Below are positions 27,420 through 31,570 of a stretch of DNA of 31,570 nt, piece by piece. The DNA is taken from positions 1 through 31,570 of the forward strand of contig RDOE01000040.1 in assembly GCA_011364975.1 (NCBI GenBank), read 5' to 3'. Origin of the DNA: Promethearchaeota archaeon. Lineage in GTDB: Archaea; Asgardarchaeota; Lokiarchaeia; Sigyniarchaeales; SOKP01. Position numbers and translations under genes: made by a program. Position 1 is the stretch's first letter, and each line of letters begins with the position of its first letter. The notes under the pieces were generated by a model. The model had not been told where the DNA came from. It made no database searches and worked only from the letters and a program-made list of their open reading frames with translations.

Positions 27420-28256
27420 TTACTTGATACTTGTAATAAATTCAGTTATTAACTGATTAATTACATCTTTACGTTGAGCAGGAGCAAAATGACCCGCCAT
27501 ATCGATAATTTCAAGTCTTGAATTCTTTATTTTTTTATGCATCTCTTCTGACATCTGTTCTGGTGCAAAATTATCTAATCTTCCCCCTATAATCAATGTT
27601 GGACATTTGATTCCTGATGGATCATATTCTTTAATTTCATTTACCATACTAAAAATTTGTTCTTCGATAAGCATTTGAAGTTTATCTTTAGTTACTTTCA
27701 TTCCATTAATATAATCGGCTAAAGATGTAAGGATGTAGGGAATAATTCGATCAAGAATATCCTCTATTGCTTTAGCAGCTACTTCTAAAAAGTTCATGCG
27801 TATAAAGTAAGGTAAAAGATTGTAAAAGATATTTCTTATAACATTGTCAATCATTATATAACCAGAATTTAATAAAATTAAATATTTTATATTCTCGGGA
27901 TGTTTGATACAAATTAATTGCGCAATCATTCCACCAACGAGCGAATGCCCAATAATACCATACTTTTCATCTATATTTAAAAAATTAAGCAAATCTTCTA
28001 AATCTCTAATAATATCATACCTCAAATTTTTTGAAAGGTTTAATTCCTTTGGATGTTCACTCCTTCCATGTCCTAAAGCATCAAATGCAATTATTCTATA
28101 ATTTTCCCTTAGAACTTGAATCTGCCCCTTAAAAAATGATGCAGATGATGCAAAACCATGCAATAATATAATTATTCCTTCTGTTTGATCCTTTCGATCA
28201 CCGTTGATATCTTCGTAATAAAGGTTATAACCTTCTTGATTCTTAAAGAAGGGCAT
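27420..28256 (-). CDS. Alpha/beta-fold hydrolase
   Basis: LLHGF, DALGHGRS, GHSLVGG, CPTLIIGGRLD, AGH. ATG at 28256 preferred over TTG at 28337. Confidence 0.9.
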   Translation of the reverse strand: MPFFKNQEGYNLYYEDINGDRKDQTEGIIILLHGFASSASFFKGQIQVLRENYRIIAFDALGHGRSEHPKELNLSKNLRYDIIRDLEDLLNFLNIDEKYGIIGHSLVGGMIAQLICIKHPENIKYLILLNSGYIMIDNVIRNIFYNLLPYFIRMNFLEVAAKAIEDILDRIIPYILTSLADYINGMKVTKDKLQMLIEEQIFSMVNEIKEYDPSGIKCPTLIIGGRLDNFAPEQMSEEMHKKIKNSRLEIIDMAGHFAPAQRKDVINQLITEFITSIK

Positions 28257-28537
28257 GGTTATTTGATTATATTTTTGAATTATGATTTTTAAAATAAGGG
28301 TTTCCAAAAATAGTTTTCGATAATGAAAGAAATTCAACCAATTAGTCTAGTTTTGAAAAGTTTTAATAGTTAATTTAGCGGATCATTTTATTTAATGAAT
28401 TTTTTTCAATTCTCCTAAATAAAGTTCAAAATATATAATAAAAGAAATTGAAATTTATTTGTCTGAGGATTTTTTATAGATTTGATTATAAAAACTAAAT
28501 GAATAAGAAAAAAAAATTAAAATTAGTTAAAGAGATA

Positions 28538-30001
28538 TTATAGATCTTTTGTTATACGTTTCTTTTCGTTAGTTTCTAATACTGTGGAAAAAAATATACG
28601 AGACAGTTTTTTATAAATCTTTACATTCTCTTTATTTGGAATTTTTTCCTCAACAAATCGTACCATTTGATTAATAGCATCAGAAAGGTTATTATATTTT
28701 CCACATCCGTGAAAACCTAATATGGCTGCACCCAGTGCTGCACCATCCTTATTTTCTGGCAGAAGAACTTTTTTGTTAATAACATCAGCAAATATTTGCG
28801 CCCAGAAGCTACTATTCATAGCCCCACCATCTGATTTTAATTCCTCAGTTCTTATCCCGCCAAAACCTTCAATCAATGTTAAATACATTTGAGCAGATAA
28901 AGCAGCACTCTCCATAATTGCCCGAGCAAAGTGAGTTCTATTATGATGCCATCCTAGACCATGAATAGTCCCCTTTCGAAAGATATAAAGAGGGATGAAT
29001 AATAATCCATTACTCCCAGGAGGGGCTAGTTCAGCTTCTTTAGTGAGCATATTATATACATTGAGATTCTTTTCTTCACATTCTTTTAATAATAATTGAG
29101 AAAAATTCTTTGCATATGTTTGAAACATGGTCCCTGTTCCTGGCATAACCCCTTCTAATACCCACTTTCCTTTAATTACATGCGGGTAAGTAAAAATGGG
29201 GATATCTCCAACTACTCTTTTAGGTTCTTCAATAACATAATCCACGAAGGTACCTGTTCCGGTGGTTACTTTTGATTTTCCTTTTTCAATTACGCCCATT
29301 CCCAAAGCTGCACATTGTTGATCTCCTCCACCTAAAACAATTGGAGTACTAGACTTTAATCCAAGATCAGCAGCAGCACCAGTTGACAATTCCCCTATAA
29401 CTTCACCGGGATTGTGCAGTTCAGGCCATAATTTTAAAGGTAATTCAAAAGCTTCTGCAAGTTTTTCATCCCAGCGTAGGGTTTCCAGATTCAAAATTCC
29501 AAATAAGCCGTTTGTAGGATCTGTTACATACTTATCACATAATTTCATATAAATATATGAATCTGGACAAATTATTTTAGAAGCCTTACTAAATAATTCT
29601 GGTTTGTTGGCTTTCAACCATAATAACTTTGGAAGTGAGTTTCTCCATATTAATTCATCTTTAAACCCTTTAGCATCTGTTAATTCACGTTCGTCCATCC
29701 AAGTTAGTGCTGGATGAAGAATTTCGTCATTTTTATCTAAAATGGTGACTGTTCCACGTGCGAAGGCTGCTGAAATTCCAATTACATCCTCTGGATTAAG
29801 TTTTCCACTTTTTACGACTCTATTACAAGTATTTTTTATTGCATCCCACCAAATTTGTGGATCTTGCTCTGAAATACCAACTGGTTGTTTAGGGATTTGA
29901 TACTCCTCATAAGCCTTTACAATTTCTTTTCCAGTAGCATCAAAAATTATTGTTCTCGCTCCAGTGGTACCCACATCAAATACACATATTAAATCATTCA
30001 T
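28538..30001 (-). CDS. FGGY-family carbohydrate kinase (xylulokinase-like; substrate unknown)
   Basis: DVGTTGAR, EQDP, WMDER, PKLLWL, GGGDQQCAALG, TTGTG, DGGA, GAALGAA. Confidence 0.93.
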   Translation of the reverse strand: MNDLICVFDVGTTGARTIIFDATGKEIVKAYEEYQIPKQPVGISEQDPQIWWDAIKNTCNRVVKSGKLNPEDVIGISAAFARGTVTILDKNDEILHPALTWMDERELTDAKGFKDELIWRNSLPKLLWLKANKPELFSKASKIICPDSYIYMKLCDKYVTDPTNGLFGILNLETLRWDEKLAEAFELPLKLWPELHNPGEVIGELSTGAAADLGLKSSTPIVLGGGDQQCAALGMGVIEKGKSKVTTGTGTFVDYVIEEPKRVVGDIPIFTYPHVIKGKWVLEGVMPGTGTMFQTYAKNFSQLLLKECEEKNLNVYNMLTKEAELAPPGSNGLLFIPLYIFRKGTIHGLGWHHNRTHFARAIMESAALSAQMYLTLIEGFGGIRTEELKSDGGAMNSSFWAQIFADVINKKVLLPENKDGAALGAAILGFHGCGKYNNLSDAINQMVRFVEEKIPNKENVKIYKKLSRIFFSTVLETNEKKRITKDL

Positions 30002-30012
30002 ATGATCACGCT

Positions 30013-31275
30013 CTAAAGACTTTTAATTAATAATTCAGATATATCAAATATTTTAATCTTTTCCTTATCTTCATTGGTGATACCATAATTCAATCCTAAT
30101 TCACACAATGGACATGCTGAAATAATATTATTCGTTTTTGTTTCCTTTAACTCTTTAATCCTATTTTGAGCTTCTCGAATAGCTAATTCTCTATCAGCCC
30201 AATGAGCTGCCCCACTCCAACCACAACAGTGTACTTCTTCCTTGTTATACATAGGTTCAAAAATCTCTAAATTAGGAATTGAATTAAGAACTTCTCTTAT
30301 TGAATCATTATCTTTTAAGTTTCGTGCAATAAGACAAGGATCGTGAATTGTTAATTTTGAAATACCGATATTTTTAGTAGGATTGATTTTTCCGTCTTTT
30401 AATAGGTTAGCAATATATTCAACAATATGAACAACCTTAACATCGAGTTCAACATCTACATTGTTATATCGCTTTATTAATGTTAAAACACATCCAGGAC
30501 AATCAGATACTACTAATTTCGCTCCAGTGCTTTCTATAAGTTCCTTATTCTTCTGGGCAAAATTCTTAGCAGTTTCTAGGTCCCTAATGTTGAAGGCAGG
30601 TCCACCACAACATATTTTTTGGTCTAAATTTGTTGAAAATTTCACTCCAGCTTTTTTTAGGATTTCTATATTCGCTTTAACTACACTGGGAAATTTCATC
30701 ATTTCACATCCAATATAATAATATACTTCATCATTACCATCAGTTTCAATGTTTTCTATTCCCTTTTCCTTATAAGATTCAAAAATATTATACTCTTCTA
30801 TAGTATTTGAAGAGTTTAAATTATCAATTTGTTTCTTACAATAATAAGGCATTAATCCCTTTTTATTAAGATCATCTCGTACAGTTTCTAACAAGGATAC
30901 TACTGAAAAATCGAATGGACACCAGATTTTACAATTTTCCTCGTTAGTGCATTTATACATTAAATTGATAAATTCTTTATTCTCCGGTTTTGATGGGTCA
31001 ATTTTACCCATAGTTAAATAATATCCTATTTTCGATTTGTAAGCGGGACTCATTGATTCCTTTTGAGATGCTTGAAGAGTTCCGCAATCAAAACGGCACA
31101 TATTTGGGCATAAAGCGCAATTAATTAGATTAGTAACATCAGCTTTACGTTCCTCTTGTGGATAATAATTCTTCTTGACAAGACGTAACCCATTAAGCAC
31201 TTTTCTTTTTACATCCTTTTCTACTTTGTTCAAATCTTCCATAAACCATTTATATTTATCTAAAAATTCCTGCAT
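30013..31275 (-). CDS. Fe-S oxidoreductase with a ferredoxin-like domain and two CCG domains (GlpC/GlcF/HdrD-like)
   Basis: CALCPNMCRFDC, CTNEENCKIWCP, YYIGC, CCGG, CPGC, HDPC, CCG, CPLC. Confidence 0.92.
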   Translation of the reverse strand: MQEFLDKYKWFMEDLNKVEKDVKRKVLNGLRLVKKNYYPQEERKADVTNLINCALCPNMCRFDCGTLQASQKESMSPAYKSKIGYYLTMGKIDPSKPENKEFINLMYKCTNEENCKIWCPFDFSVVSLLETVRDDLNKKGLMPYYCKKQIDNLNSSNTIEEYNIFESYKEKGIENIETDGNDEVYYYIGCEMMKFPSVVKANIEILKKAGVKFSTNLDQKICCGGPAFNIRDLETAKNFAQKNKELIESTGAKLVVSDCPGCVLTLIKRYNNVDVELDVKVVHIVEYIANLLKDGKINPTKNIGISKLTIHDPCLIARNLKDNDSIREVLNSIPNLEIFEPMYNKEEVHCCGWSGAAHWADRELAIREAQNRIKELKETKTNNIISACPLCELGLNYGITNEDKEKIKIFDISELLIKSL

Positions 31276-31570
31276 TTAACGATCCCCTCCTTTCCAGCTA
31301 CTTTCAAATACTTTACCTGGATTGAATATATTATTTGGATCTAGAATCTTTTTAACATCTCTTAATATTTCCATACTCTTACCCCACTCATTATCCATCC
31401 ATTTTGATCGATTTATACCGATGCCGTGATGATGAGCGATTGAACCCCCTGACTCTAGTACTGCCTTTATAGTAGTATTCCAAATTTTTTTATAAAATTC
31501 AAAATTAGAGATTTCTTCCATCTCAACACCACCAAATGAAAAGTAAAATCCTACTCCATTAGGATAAAAG
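31276..31570 (-). CDS. C-terminus of an FAD-linked oxidase (VAO/PCMH family), alkyl-dihydroxyacetone-phosphate synthase-like; 5' part lies outside the window
   Basis: Frame is open to the window edge (FYPNGVGFYFSF..). GGSIAHHHGIG and KKILDPNNIFNPGK. Confidence 0.85.
   Translation of the reverse strand, partial: FYPNGVGFYFSFGGVEMEEISNFEFYKKIWNTTIKAVLESGGSIAHHHGIGINRSKWMDNEWGKSMEILRDVKKILDPNNIFNPGKVFESSWKGGDR

Noticed and set aside
22620-30718. Plus-strand ORFs 22620-22802, 23113-23295, 23356-23652, 27904-28101 and 30461-30718
   Set aside because: Antisense shadows of purL, the hydrolase and the Fe-S gene.
1-31570. CRISPR arrays, IS elements, integrases, rRNA or tRNA
   Set aside because: By eye I found no regularly spaced repeats, transposase or integrase motifs, or GC-rich structural RNA tracts.

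Overview
Low-GC, gene-dense archaeal chromosomal segment. Archaeal BRE/TATA promoters, iorAB, a split purS/purQ/purL, and a surface protein with a Loki-CTERM-like tail suggest an Asgard archaeon (Lokiarchaeia-like); this taxonomy is inferred. Left to right: a truncated membrane protein; a PadR/ABC-exporter/anchored-glycoprotein operon; an 869-aa protein with an FG-GAP-like beta-propeller ectodomain fused to an apparent 7-TM domain; a PadR-Hsp20 operon with clear palindromic operators; a 1289-aa HExxH protease/VWA/CLCA-like surface protein; GNAT, iorAB and an AAC(3)-family acyltransferase; HAD phosphatases and a beta-helix surface protein; a purine cluster (purC, purS, purQ, purL and a degenerate purF); a MazG-like pyrophosphatase; an alpha/beta hydrolase; and an FGGY kinase/CCG Fe-S protein/alkyl-DHAP-synthase-like FAD enzyme module cut by the window end. 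No tRNA, rRNA, CRISPR array or transposase was seen. The most interesting items are the propeller-7TM receptor-like protein, the PurF pseudoenzyme candidate, the CLCA-like architecture, the PadR-Hsp20 operator system and two intergenic structured-RNA candidates. All motif comparisons were made by eye and no searches were run.
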